Below, one piece after another: positions 39,387-49,022 of a stretch of 64,000 nt of DNA. Position numbers and translations under genes: made by a program. The notes beneath the pieces are model-generated. The model was not told the DNA's origin. It saw only the letters and a program-made list of their open reading frames with translations, and did no database searches. Position 1 is the stretch's first letter. The number at the start of each line of letters is the position of its first letter. Origin of the DNA: Polyangiaceae bacterium (GTDB taxonomy: Bacteria; Myxococcota_A; Polyangia; Polyangiales; Polyangiaceae); assembly GCA_965222375.1 (NCBI GenBank), contig CBDCTZ010000014.1, forward strand, positions 1,024,001 through 1,088,000, written 5' to 3'.

Positions 39387-40832
39387 TCACTCGCTAGCGG
39401 AAAGACCTTCGTCGTGGGGCAGGCTGACTTGGGGTGCGCGCAGATATGCGAACGGGGTGCACAAGGCCAGATTGGAAACGCGCGAAGTGTACACGTCGGC
39501 GTAGCGCTCTATCTGGCGGGCCAGATAGCTCTTGTCGATTCCCGCGCGCATGATGAGCCCCCAGTTTGGGTTGTTCAGCCTTCCGGCGCTGCGGGCAAGT
39601 GGTGCGATGGCGTCATCTAGGCTGGCAAGTTGTGAACGCAGTTCGGTGATGGCCTGCTGCGAGCCTTCGGCATCTGATTGAGATGAGCGCCCGCTTTTTT
39701 CGCGCTGGCGCACGAGCTTCTGCATGTCCAGCTGCTCTTCCAGGTCCGATTTGCGATGCATCAGCTGGGACAGCTGTTTCTGTTCGTTTCGAAACCCCTC
39801 GAGGGCGTCTAGCTCGGGCTCCAAATCCCTCAACACCAGTGCCGTGCGCCAGCGCAACATGTCCTTGGTCACGTGCACGTCGGAGTACAGGTGGTCTCCC
39901 ACATACAAGATGTCCTCCGGCGCCAGCTGCAGATCTCTTTCGACCTGTCGCGCATTTCCCCCGAGGTAGGCGCGACCCTTGGTCAGAGGCCCTCGGCTGG
40001 GCTTGAGCAGTCCACGTTCGTCCACCAATTCGAATAGAGCGCTGTCGCCCGTGAAGAATCCGGGCTTCTGCGCGGCCACGATGAACACGTCGAAGAGGTC
40101 TCGAAAGCTCGAGCCCGCCGGAAGATGCGGGTCGATCACATGTTTCAAGATTGCCCGGGAGTAGCTCCATTCCGAGTTGGTAATCAGCAGCAGCAGTTTG
40201 CCCGCGTCTCTCAAATCCAAGAGCGTCGGCACCAACTCTGGATCGGGTTCGATGAATGGAGCAGGGTTCTTGGCAATTTCGGATTTGAGCGCATCTTCCA
40301 TGTGCGTGTGGTCGATGGCGCTGCGCACTTCTCGATACAGGGACTCGTAGCCGAGTGCAGGATCCAGCTTGCCTGCGTCCAGTAGATCAACGCACTGCGC
40401 GTAGAGCGTGGCCTCGGACAGAGAAAAGAGCGTGTTCAGGAACACCCAGCGCGGCTCGCGCAAGTCCACGAAGACGCTCGAGTAGCGCTGACGCTGTTCA
40501 GTGAAGGCTAGGGGGCTGGTGCCGTGGAACGCGCGCGTCACATAGCCGAATCGACTGGCCTTCAGCAGGTTGCCGGTCTCCAGGTCGACGATGAGCCCGA
40601 CTGTGACGAGCTTCGGGTCGAACTTCAGCTTCTCTACGGGCCAGCCTCGTTTCGCTAGGAGGGATTGCGCATGCGCATAGGCACGCTGTTCCCACACGTG
40701 CACTTTGTAGTGCACGAGGGTGTAGTCCATATCGAAACCGACAGCGCGTATGGCCCGCAGGTTCAGCGTTCGGTTGGCGAAGACCCGCCGACTGGTGGGG
40801 ATCCGCGTAGCGCTCGGCGGCTCGGACATCAA
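39387..40832 (-). CDS. HAD-IG family (cN-II-type) 5'-nucleotidase
   Basis: GFDMDYTL, LITNS, KP.FF, YVGDHLYSD. Confidence 0.92.
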   Translation of the reverse strand: MMSEPPSATRIPTSRRVFANRTLNLRAIRAVGFDMDYTLVHYKVHVWEQRAYAHAQSLLAKRGWPVEKLKFDPKLVTVGLIVDLETGNLLKASRFGYVTRAFHGTSPLAFTEQRQRYSSVFVDLREPRWVFLNTLFSLSEATLYAQCVDLLDAGKLDPALGYESLYREVRSAIDHTHMEDALKSEIAKNPAPFIEPDPELVPTLLDLRDAGKLLLLITNSEWSYSRAILKHVIDPHLPAGSSFRDLFDVFIVAAQKPGFFTGDSALFELVDERGLLKPSRGPLTKGRAYLGGNARQVERDLQLAPEDILYVGDHLYSDVHVTKDMLRWRTALVLRDLEPELDALEGFRNEQKQLSQLMHRKSDLEEQLDMQKLVRQREKSGRSSQSDAEGSQQAITELRSQLASLDDAIAPLARSAGRLNNPNWGLIMRAGIDKSYLARQIERYADVYTSRVSNLALCTPFAYLRAPQVSLPHDEGLSASE

Positions 40833-40844
40833 AAATGCTCTCGC

Positions 40845-43034
40845 TCAGCTGCGGGCGGCGGCGCGTTTCAAGAAGCTTTGAAACTGAAAGCGCGCGTGCC
40901 CCGTGGGCCGGGCGGAGTACTTGTAGGGCCGCGGTATCCCCTTGGCGAATAGGCACACCACCGCGTCTTGGTACTGCTTTGCCCGGGTTTCGGCTTCGCT
41001 CTCGGCGACGGGCAGCTGGGTCACCTCTTGCAGCACGCTTTCGAGCTGCGGGCATCCCTCCGCAGTTTCCGGCAGATTCGCTTTGGCGGTGCCGGCCGGG
41101 CAACACGCGTTGCGGATCAAACCCGTTGCCGCCAGTTCGAACCACTGCAGCGTGGACCATTCACGCATGCCCGGGGTGACCTTGCCAACGCCGGCCACGA
41201 CCAAGCGACGGTGCAGTTGGGAGTTGACGCCTCGAAAGTCCTTGTCCTTGCACAAGAAGTCGAAATTCTCTTGGCCGCTCAGGGTACCGCTCTCGAAGTG
41301 CGCGGCAACGCAAGCTCCGCGGTCGATAGGAGCCTTCACCGGCGTCATCTTGGCGGGAGCGTCTGCAGGAGGTTTCGCTAAAGCGGCGGAGGATGCGCTT
41401 TTGATGCCGGCGGCCGTAGCACCCAGCGCCGGCTGGGTGGGCGTCGGCGCTTCGCTGCGCAGCTTTCCGGCGCGGGAAGCGCGGTTGTTCAGGAACATGG
41501 CGATGCCGATCGCGAGCGCTGCAATCACCAGAATCGCGACGATGACAATGACGGGGCCGCGTCCGGCCTTTCGCATCTGGATCTCTTCGTCGTCCAGATT
41601 CAGTTGCCGTGGCGCCGGGGCCGACGACATTGCCGGCGGGTATGCGGAGATAGTAGGTGGGAACGCCTCGGGTGGGGCGCTGCCGGTCGTGACCGTCGGA
41701 GTTGGGGGCGGGGCGGACGCGTCCAAAGAGGAAGGGGGTGCCACTGCCGCGGGAGTCGTGGCGAAGGGCGAGGGTGGGGCTGCCGCTGCGGGCGGCTCGT
41801 CGAAGGGCGAAGGGACAGCCGGAGCGGGTTCGAAGGCGGGGGTGGGCGCGGGAGTCGGCACGGCGCCGGCCGCCGCAGCGGGGTCGGGTTGGGCGTTTTG
41901 GGGGAGGGTGGCGACTTCCTCGGCCGGGGCGGCGACGGGCGTTGTAATGGGCGGGGCCTGTATCGGGGTGGGAGGCGCCTGGCTGTGCAGTAATGCAGCA
42001 ACGTCCGATGGAGGCTTGGCCATGATCGCCGTGGCGTCGTCGTCCTCATAGCCACCTAGCTCCGCGCCGGGTGCATCCGCTGGTGCCGGTGGGGCGCCGC
42101 TCACGCCACCGCTTTCGTCTTCGTCTACGGCAACCGGCGGCACACTTGCTACCGGTTCGGGCTTCTCTCCACTGCCGACTGCTGCAGCGAGATTGGCGAA
42201 GTCCCTGCCGGACGCGACCAACGTCGCTTCATCGTCTTCCCAGTCAGTGCTGGCGGGAGGTGACCAGGCTTGCAGAGCGGTCACCAAGTCCGGCACGTTG
42301 GCACGTCGACGTTTGAGATCTGCCGTTAGGCCCTTCTCTGCGATCTCGGATAGCACCGGGTCGGTGACTCCCAAGGACTCCAGCCTTTTCATGCGACCGC
42401 CGGCGATGCTCAGCAGGAGCTCGTTCTTGTTTTCGCCGCGAAACGGAGGCGTGCAGGCCAAGGAGGTGAACAGAGCCGCGTGCAATGCCCAGACGTCGTC
42501 AGCTTCGCTGGGGCCGAGCCCCTGCAGGCGCTCCGGCGCACAGTATGCGCCACTGGATGGTGCGACGAGTTGGGTCAGGACCGGACCTGGCCGACCCCCT
42601 TCTGGGGTCACAATCAAGCTTCTCGGAGAGATCGCCCCATGGGCACCTCCGGCTGCGTGAATGGTGGTGACCGCACCGCAGATGTTCACGAACCAGTCCA
42701 CCGCCAGCGCGGGCTCCAGGGGACCACGCTTCAGCCGTTGATGCAGGGTTTCCCCGTTGAAGTGCTCCGCGACGACGACCGCGGCGACCTTACGGCCGCC
42801 GGGAACCTGATCCCTCGCAGGATCCTCGACGATGGCCAGCAAGGTCGCCAGATTCGCGTGGCGAACGTTCACGCTCTTCTTGAGCGCCGCCACCCGAGCT
42901 CCAGCCAGCGCAGAAACGATGACCTGCCGCCCGCTGGTCGTATCCTCCGCCAACCACGCTAGGGCCTTTGAGCCCGCCTGAAGGCTGCTCTTGAACTTGT
43001 ATTTCCCGGCGAGCAGTGCCGCGGGTGCCTGCAT
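40845..43034 (-). CDS. Membrane-anchored Ser/Thr pseudokinase
   Basis: Kinase landmarks (YCAPERL, DVWAL, PPF.G) but HRD->HGA, DFG->TQL, no beta3 Lys; TM helix and Cys-containing ectodomain. Confidence 0.75.
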   Translation of the reverse strand: MQAPAALLAGKYKFKSSLQAGSKALAWLAEDTTSGRQVIVSALAGARVAALKKSVNVRHANLATLLAIVEDPARDQVPGGRKVAAVVVAEHFNGETLHQRLKRGPLEPALAVDWFVNICGAVTTIHAAGGAHGAISPRSLIVTPEGGRPGPVLTQLVAPSSGAYCAPERLQGLGPSEADDVWALHAALFTSLACTPPFRGENKNELLLSIAGGRMKRLESLGVTDPVLSEIAEKGLTADLKRRRANVPDLVTALQAWSPPASTDWEDDEATLVASGRDFANLAAAVGSGEKPEPVASVPPVAVDEDESGGVSGAPPAPADAPGAELGGYEDDDATAIMAKPPSDVAALLHSQAPPTPIQAPPITTPVAAPAEEVATLPQNAQPDPAAAAGAVPTPAPTPAFEPAPAVPSPFDEPPAAAAPPSPFATTPAAVAPPSSLDASAPPPTPTVTTGSAPPEAFPPTISAYPPAMSSAPAPRQLNLDDEEIQMRKAGRGPVIVIVAILVIAALAIGIAMFLNNRASRAGKLRSEAPTPTQPALGATAAGIKSASSAALAKPPADAPAKMTPVKAPIDRGACVAAHFESGTLSGQENFDFLCKDKDFRGVNSQLHRRLVVAGVGKVTPGMREWSTLQWFELAATGLIRNACCPAGTAKANLPETAEGCPQLESVLQEVTQLPVAESEAETRAKQYQDAVVCLFAKGIPRPYKYSARPTGHARFQFQSFLKRAAARS

Positions 43035-43273
43035 GGTGCGCCGCTCCGAGCCCCTTGATCGGTCAGAAGAACTTCAGAGCGTTTATAGCAACCTTTACGT
43101 CCGGACCGAACTTTGTGGTGGCTAATTGACCTACCTGCCCCTACAAGTCGCGCTGGCCCCCTACAAATCCGCAAGAAACCCTGCCAATCTTAGGGTTGCT
43201 CGGAGGCATGGGGGGGCCCGCGGAGCCAGGCTTGCGGAGCGCCAGCAGTATCTGAAATCATCGGTTTTTCACC

Positions 43274-44527
43274 ATGAGCACCGCCGGCGTCAGCAACGGA
43301 CAGGCCCCAGGAGGCGGGGACGAGGCCGGTGACAGTCCCGCAGCTGAAGAGCGCTATCAGCCTGGTGCCGTCATCGACGACAAGTATGTCTTGGTGTCCA
43401 AGCGTGGCGAAGGGGGGATGGGAACCGTCTGGGTGGCCCATAACTCGGTGCTGGACGTTCGTTGCGCCATCAAGGTCATGGCTCTCGACGGGGGGGCGGC
43501 ATCCCGAGCCGCAGCTCGACGCGTCCTCGACGAAGCCCGCGCTACAGCTCGCCTGGGGCACGCATCCATCGTCCGAGTCCTGGACTACGGCGAAACGGAA
43601 CATGGCGACCCCTTCATCGCGATGGAGCTTCTCGAGGGCGAAGACTTGGCACAGGTGCTGGACCGCCAGGCTCGCATGCGCCCCACCGACGCAGTGCAAG
43701 TGCTGCTGCCGATTGCCCATGCTCTGGCATCTGCCCATGCGAAAGGCATCGTTCATCGGGACGTCAAGCCCGAGAACATCTTTCTCGCCAAGGACGAGGT
43801 CAGCACGACCTTGCCGAAGCTGCTCGACTTCGGAGTCGTGCGTATCGTCAACAATCCGAGAAAGCTCACGATGGATGGCGCCGTGGTGGGCACGCCCGAC
43901 TACATGTCGCCCGAGCAAGCTCGGGGCAAATCCACGAGTGGCCAAACGGACCTCTGGAGCTTCTGCGTCGTGTTGTACGAGGTGATCGCCGGGCGCCGCC
44001 CCTTCGAAGGTGACAACTACAACGCACTGATGCGCGCCATCATCGAAGACAAGCCGAAGAGCCTGGAGGAACTCGGCATTGCCGATGCGGCGCTCTCAGT
44101 AATCGTGCTTCGAGGCTTGAGCAAGAAGGCCGAGGAGCGTTGGGCCAGTATGCGTGAACTCGGAGAAGAGCTTGCTCTTTGGCTCACCGAAGAGGGGCTT
44201 TCAGACGACATCACCGGCGCATCCTTGCGCCGCACATGGCTTTCGGAAACCGAAAGCCAGCGGCTCGAACTTCCCGCAGAGGTTCGAGATGCGATGCGCT
44301 CCGCCGGCGGCGGCTCCGTGCCCAGCGGGCATGTGGCGGCCCAATCAAGTCAGCCGGATCTCGTTGCCATCGCGGAGATGAACAAGGGCGGAGACCCCGA
44401 AGAACTGCTGCGCCAGGCCTCGCGACGCCAAAACGCCGCCATTGCCGTCGGACTGGTGTTCGCCGCGTTGGTTTTCGTGCTCGCCGTACTGATGGGTACG
44501 GGAATCATCTGGACGGGATCGCCCTAG
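43274..44527 (+). CDS. Ser/Thr protein kinase with C-terminal TM anchor
   Basis: GEGGMG, AIK, HRDVKPEN, DFG, YMSPEQ. Confidence 0.93.
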   Translation: MSTAGVSNGQAPGGGDEAGDSPAAEERYQPGAVIDDKYVLVSKRGEGGMGTVWVAHNSVLDVRCAIKVMALDGGAASRAAARRVLDEARATARLGHASIVRVLDYGETEHGDPFIAMELLEGEDLAQVLDRQARMRPTDAVQVLLPIAHALASAHAKGIVHRDVKPENIFLAKDEVSTTLPKLLDFGVVRIVNNPRKLTMDGAVVGTPDYMSPEQARGKSTSGQTDLWSFCVVLYEVIAGRRPFEGDNYNALMRAIIEDKPKSLEELGIADAALSVIVLRGLSKKAEERWASMRELGEELALWLTEEGLSDDITGASLRRTWLSETESQRLELPAEVRDAMRSAGGGSVPSGHVAAQSSQPDLVAIAEMNKGGDPEELLRQASRRQNAAIAVGLVFAALVFVLAVLMGTGIIWTGSP

Positions 44528-44531
44528 GGGC

Positions 44532-46118
44532 TCAATGAGCCTGCTCTTTCGTCTTCAAGAATCCCACGTCGGGCCACTCTTTTTGCGTCGTTTCCAGGTG
44601 CCATGCGTTGCGGGCCAGGAACACCCGCGCACCGGTGTGGTCTTCCGCCAGACTGCCGCGGTGTTCGCGAACGAACTCCTCGAGGTGCTTGTGCTCGGCC
44701 TCTACCCAGCGCGCGGCGTATAAGCTGACGGATTCGAATACCACGCTGACGCCGTACTCCGTTCGAATACGATCCGCGAGAACGTCGAACTGCAGGGCAC
44801 CGACGACTCCAACCACGAAATAGGAACCAATCATCGGCTTGAGGATGCTGGCCGCGCCTTCTTCCGCCAGTTGGGTGAGCGCGCGCGCCAAGTGCTTGGC
44901 CTTCAGCGGGTCTTTGGGTCGGACACTCTGAAGCAGCTCTGGAGCGAAGGAAGGGATGCCCGTGAAGTGCAGAGCCTCGCCCTCGGTCATGGTGTCGCCG
45001 ATCCGAAGCTGACCGTGGTTGGGTAGTCCGATGATGTCACCTGGCCACGCTTCCTCCGCTAGCCCTCGATCCTGAGCCAGGAATAGCAACGGATTGTGGA
45101 CATTTACACTCTTGCCGCTCGGGACGTGAAGCAGTTTCATGCCGCGTCGAAAGTGCCCCGAGCACAGACGTACGAACGCGATGCGGTCGCGATGTTTGGG
45201 ATCCATGTTCGCTTGAATCTTGAACACGAAAGCCGTGACCTTCGGATCCCCCGGTTCTACTATTCGCTCGGCTGCTTTTTGGGGTCGTGGCGGTGGTGCG
45301 AGTTCTGCCAGCCCTTCGAGGAGTTCGCGGACCCCGAAGTTCGTGATGGCGCTGCCGAAGAACACCGGGGTCAGATGGCCCTCCCGATAGGCCTGTAGAT
45401 CCAGTGGCGGGCACAAGCCCCGAGCCATCTCCACTTCATCTCGGAGCTGCTTTACTGCGGCCTCGGGCAGCAACTCGTCCAGTCGCGGGTCCTCGATGCC
45501 CTCGAGCTGCAGCACTTCTGCGTCTCTACGTCGCTCTCCCTTTTCCGTGAGGAGCAAGCGATTGTTCACCAGGTCGTAGCAGCCTCGGAAGTCTCGACCC
45601 ATGCCAATCGGCCAGGTCACGGGCGTGACATCGAGAGCCAACTTGTCTTCGACTTCGCTCATCAGCTCGAAGGGGTCGCGCCCGTCCCGATCCATCTTGT
45701 TGACGAAGCTGATGATGGGGACGTCACGAAGCCGACACACCTCGAATAACTTCAGCGTTTGGGCCTCGATGCCTTTGGCTGCGTCCAGCACCATCACCGC
45801 CGAGTCCACGGCGGTCAACGTTCGGTAGGTATCTTCGCTGAAGTCCTTGTGCCCGGGCGTGTCCAACAGATTGAAGGTATGGTCAGAGAACTCGAAGGTC
45901 ATCGCGCTCACGGTCACGCTGATGCCGCGCTCTCTTTCGACTTTCATCCAGTCCGAGTGAGCGCGGCGCTGCTCTCCACGGGCCTTCACGGCCCCGGCAA
46001 GCTGGATCGCGCCCCCGAAGAGGAGGAGCTTTTCCGTGAGCGTCGTCTTGCCAGCGTCGGGGTGACTGATGATGGCGAAGGTACGACGTCGCGCGATGGC
46101 GGGCGGAAGGGAAGACAT
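44532..46118 (-). CDS. prfC: Peptide chain release factor 3
   Basis: RRRTFAIISHPDAGKTTLTEKLLL, DTPGH, FKIQANMDP.HRDRIAF. Confidence 0.97.
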   Translation of the reverse strand: MSSLPPAIARRRTFAIISHPDAGKTTLTEKLLLFGGAIQLAGAVKARGEQRRAHSDWMKVERERGISVTVSAMTFEFSDHTFNLLDTPGHKDFSEDTYRTLTAVDSAVMVLDAAKGIEAQTLKLFEVCRLRDVPIISFVNKMDRDGRDPFELMSEVEDKLALDVTPVTWPIGMGRDFRGCYDLVNNRLLLTEKGERRRDAEVLQLEGIEDPRLDELLPEAAVKQLRDEVEMARGLCPPLDLQAYREGHLTPVFFGSAITNFGVRELLEGLAELAPPPRPQKAAERIVEPGDPKVTAFVFKIQANMDPKHRDRIAFVRLCSGHFRRGMKLLHVPSGKSVNVHNPLLFLAQDRGLAEEAWPGDIIGLPNHGQLRIGDTMTEGEALHFTGIPSFAPELLQSVRPKDPLKAKHLARALTQLAEEGAASILKPMIGSYFVVGVVGALQFDVLADRIRTEYGVSVVFESVSLYAARWVEAEHKHLEEFVREHRGSLAEDHTGARVFLARNAWHLETTQKEWPDVGFLKTKEQAH

Positions 46119-46213
46119 GGGGCTAGCGTGACAAAGCAATGGCCGATTGGGGCCGGGCGCCGCACTCCTGAGCGCGCTGCCCAGTATGACGGATGCACCC
46201 CCGGCTCAATACT

Positions 46214-46248
46214 TCTTAACGTGGGGGAAGAAACGCTCTTAACGAGGG
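46214..46248 (+). promoter_or_regulatory. Direct repeat TCTTAACGwGGG (23-bp spacing), candidate OmpR-type operator
   Basis: Copies at 46214-46225 and 46237-46248 upstream of the Spy/CpxP-like gene and two-component pair. Confidence 0.4.
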
Positions 46249-46280
46249 AGGCGCATGCTGACTTCATCAAGGAGGTCAGG

Positions 46281-46736
46281 ATGCTGGGATTCCTATTCGG
46301 TACAGCCTGTTTGTTCGGATTTTTCTACGTATTGCGTCGCCCCCGAGTTGGCCGTGGCTGCGCGAATCGCCCGCGCGGAGGTCGTCGGATGGTTTCATTC
46401 TTGTCCCGGCGCGTCGACGCGACCCCGGCACAAGAAAAGGTGATGCGGGACGCCTTCAATGAGGTTCGAACGCAAGCAGACGGCGTCTGGACGGCGGTGG
46501 GCGCAGCTCGAAGCGAAGTGGCCCGTGCATTTCGTCAGCCGGAGCTGGATCCGGAAGTGATTGTCGCTGAGCTGAATCGGCCAGACGACGCACTTGCAGA
46601 ATTGCGCCGCTCGGTCGCTGGGCGAATCGCGGAACTGCACACCATTTTGGACCCAGATCAACGCGAGACCCTCGCGGACATGCTCGAACGTGACTTCCGA
46701 TCCCCCGGACGGGGCCCCTACCGCACCGCAAGTTGA
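46281..46736 (+). CDS. Spy/CpxP-like (periplasmic heavy-metal sensor type) protein
   Basis: RBS AAGGAGGT, DATPAQEK and ILDPDQRETL motifs. Confidence 0.7.
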   Translation: MLGFLFGTACLFGFFYVLRRPRVGRGCANRPRGGRRMVSFLSRRVDATPAQEKVMRDAFNEVRTQADGVWTAVGAARSEVARAFRQPELDPEVIVAELNRPDDALAELRRSVAGRIAELHTILDPDQRETLADMLERDFRSPGRGPYRTAS

Positions 46737-46744
46737 GAATAACC

Positions 46745-46978
46745 ATGCGACGAAAAATCATTCTAGGTCTGCTGCTGATGGGAACCGTATTGGGCTTTGG
46801 GGCCGGGGTCGCCCGGCTGATCTGGCACAGTCATCACCCCGGTGCGTTTCGAGGCTACGGTCGCATGCACCATCGCCGCGCCGCCTTCGAGCGCCACGTG
46901 GCCGATGTCTGCGTGGACGCGGCGCTGCGCGCACGCGCCAATGCCGGCTCAGCCGAAAACGCCGCGCCGGCGCAGTGA
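46745..46978 (+). CDS. Small membrane-anchored hypothetical protein
   Basis: N-terminal TM, operon position. Confidence 0.55.
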   Translation: MRRKIILGLLLMGTVLGFGAGVARLIWHSHHPGAFRGYGRMHHRRAAFERHVADVCVDAALRARANAGSAENAAPAQ

Positions 46979-47022
46979 AACACTCTGCCCGCGAGCACTG
47001 AAACTGATGCTAAGACTGCCCG

Positions 47023-47703
47023 GTGAGCCTCGTGTCCCTGCGTGTGCTGCTGATTGATGACGACAGCCGGCTCTTCGAGGTGCTGGCCCAGTACCTCGAA
47101 GAGCACGGCATCGCTTTGATCCACGCGCCAGATGGCAACCAAGGTGTAGCGAAGCTCGACCAAGATGTATTCGACGCCGTGTTGCTGGACATCATGATGC
47201 CCGGCCCGGATGGCCTGGAGGTGCTGCGACTGATTCGCGCCAAGCACAAGCTGCCGGTCATCATGTTGACAGCGCGGGGAGACGAAGCTGATCGCGTCGT
47301 CGGACTGGAACTCGGCGCCGACGACTACATTCACAAACCTTTCAGTGCGCGAGAACTGGTCGCAAGGCTGCGAGCGGTGTTGCGACGGGCCCAACCAGAA
47401 AGTGCCACCGAGCAGTTGCGGGTTTCGGGCGTGGAAGTGGACGTGTCCGCACGGCGGGTGCGGGTGCGTGGAAAAGACATCGAGCTTACCGCCCTGGAAC
47501 TGGATATCCTGGTGGCACTGATGCGCCGCGCCGGACGCGTCGTCCCGCGCGGCGCACTTCTGGACGAAGCTGGGCGGACGGAAGTCGTGAGCGACCGCGC
47601 TGTCGACGTACACATCTCTCATCTGCGCAAGAAGCTCGGGCAAGGCGCGCCCATTCGCACGGTGCGAGGCGTCGGCTACGTGTTTTCTCGCGAGGAAACG
47701 TGA
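47023..47703 (+). CDS. OmpR-family response regulator
   Basis: Receiver plus winged helix (DVHISHLRKKL, IRTVRGVGY). Confidence 0.93.
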   Translation: MSLVSLRVLLIDDDSRLFEVLAQYLEEHGIALIHAPDGNQGVAKLDQDVFDAVLLDIMMPGPDGLEVLRLIRAKHKLPVIMLTARGDEADRVVGLELGADDYIHKPFSARELVARLRAVLRRAQPESATEQLRVSGVEVDVSARRVRVRGKDIELTALELDILVALMRRAGRVVPRGALLDEAGRTEVVSDRAVDVHISHLRKKLGQGAPIRTVRGVGYVFSREET

Positions 47704-48980
47704 GGCGTATCCGTCGTTTCGTGCGTGGCCGGCTGCATCGCCGGCTATTCGTGCTCTTTGGTGTATCCATTTTGGCCACCGTCGTGGTGGTCAGCGTGGT
47801 CTTTGCGCTGGTCACACCTCGTGGGTCCAGTTTCAAGTACAACGTCGAGCGCGTGCAACGTTACGTTGGCAATCGCTTTGCAGAAGTGTGGGCGGACCCC
47901 GTCGCACGCTCGACCTTGGCCGAGCAAGCAGCGCGGGACTTGGAAGTTCAAGTCAGGCTGGAGGACGCGGGTGGGGCGGAGCTTTCGCGCCACGGACCCA
48001 ATTGTCGCGGCTGGAAGCACCGCGTGCCGGTGCGCCGAGCAGGGCGCCGCCTGGGCAGCGTGGCTGTGTGCGTGCCCCGCCGGCACTCGAATGGCCCCCT
48101 GGCGTTGGTGCTAGTGCTGGTGGCGTCCATTGGGTCGCTCTGGTTTTTCTCAGGACTTGTTGCTCACCGCTTGGTCAAACCTTTGGACAGGCTCGTCGAG
48201 ACGGCTCGAGCCATCGGAGAAGGTGATTTGGAAAAGCGTTCCGGCATGACGCGTCGTCGGGATGCTGAAATGGGCGTGCTCGGGGAAACCCTCGACGACA
48301 TGGCCGCGCGCATCGAACGTCAGCTATCCGATCAACGGGAGCTGCTGGCAGTGGTCTCGCACGAGATCCGGTCGCCCCTGGCGCGGCTCCGTGTGCATCT
48401 GGAACTGCTGGAAGAGCGTGGCGTTGCTACCGAGTCCGTGGCGAAGATGACCGCAGAGGCGCTAGAAATGGACCGTCTGGTGGGAGACCTGTTGGCGAGC
48501 GCACGCCTGGAGTTTTCCGTGGCGGAAGCACGCCCGGTGAACTTGACGAGCCTGGTACGCGGTACGCTCAGCCGCCTCGAGCTTCCTGAGGAGCTGCTGG
48601 AAAAACCCAAAGGAGCGGTCGAGGCAAGCGTTGACCCCACGCTGATTGCCCGGGCGTTGGAAAACCTGATAGAGAATGCGCGCATTCACGGCGATGGGGT
48701 CAAGAAGGTGGTGCTCCGCTCGGAGCCCACCGAAATCAGCGTTGCCGTCCTCGATTCGGGTTCTGGTTTCCCGGACGGGTTGAAAGACATGGCCTTCGAC
48801 TCTTTCGTCCGGGGCCAGCGGGGCGGGGGCTCTTCCCTCGGGCTCGGCCTATCGCTGGTGAGGCGGGTTGCCGGGGCCCACGGCGGAAGTTGTTGGGTGA
48901 AGTCACGGCTGGAGGGCGGTTCCGAGGTCGGATTTAGCGTCGCGCGAGGCCGGGGGGCCGAACCTGCGGCCCGAAATTGA
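47700..48980 (+). CDS. HAMP-domain sensor histidine kinase
   Basis: 2 TM, HAMP, SHEIRSPL, N/G boxes; GTGA overlap with regulator. Confidence 0.92.
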   Translation: MRRIRRFVRGRLHRRLFVLFGVSILATVVVVSVVFALVTPRGSSFKYNVERVQRYVGNRFAEVWADPVARSTLAEQAARDLEVQVRLEDAGGAELSRHGPNCRGWKHRVPVRRAGRRLGSVAVCVPRRHSNGPLALVLVLVASIGSLWFFSGLVAHRLVKPLDRLVETARAIGEGDLEKRSGMTRRRDAEMGVLGETLDDMAARIERQLSDQRELLAVVSHEIRSPLARLRVHLELLEERGVATESVAKMTAEALEMDRLVGDLLASARLEFSVAEARPVNLTSLVRGTLSRLELPEELLEKPKGAVEASVDPTLIARALENLIENARIHGDGVKKVVLRSEPTEISVAVLDSGSGFPDGLKDMAFDSFVRGQRGGGSSLGLGLSLVRRVAGAHGGSCWVKSRLEGGSEVGFSVARGRGAEPAARN

Positions 48981-49022
48981 GGCTTCAGATTGGCCCCGCC
49001 TCGGCTACCATTCCCGCTGAGC

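Noticed and set aside
40942..42051. 369-aa plus-strand ORF and similar Gly/Ala-rich antisense ORFs (e.g. 992-2119, 4625-5371)
   Set aside because: Mirror frames of Pro/Gly-rich real genes
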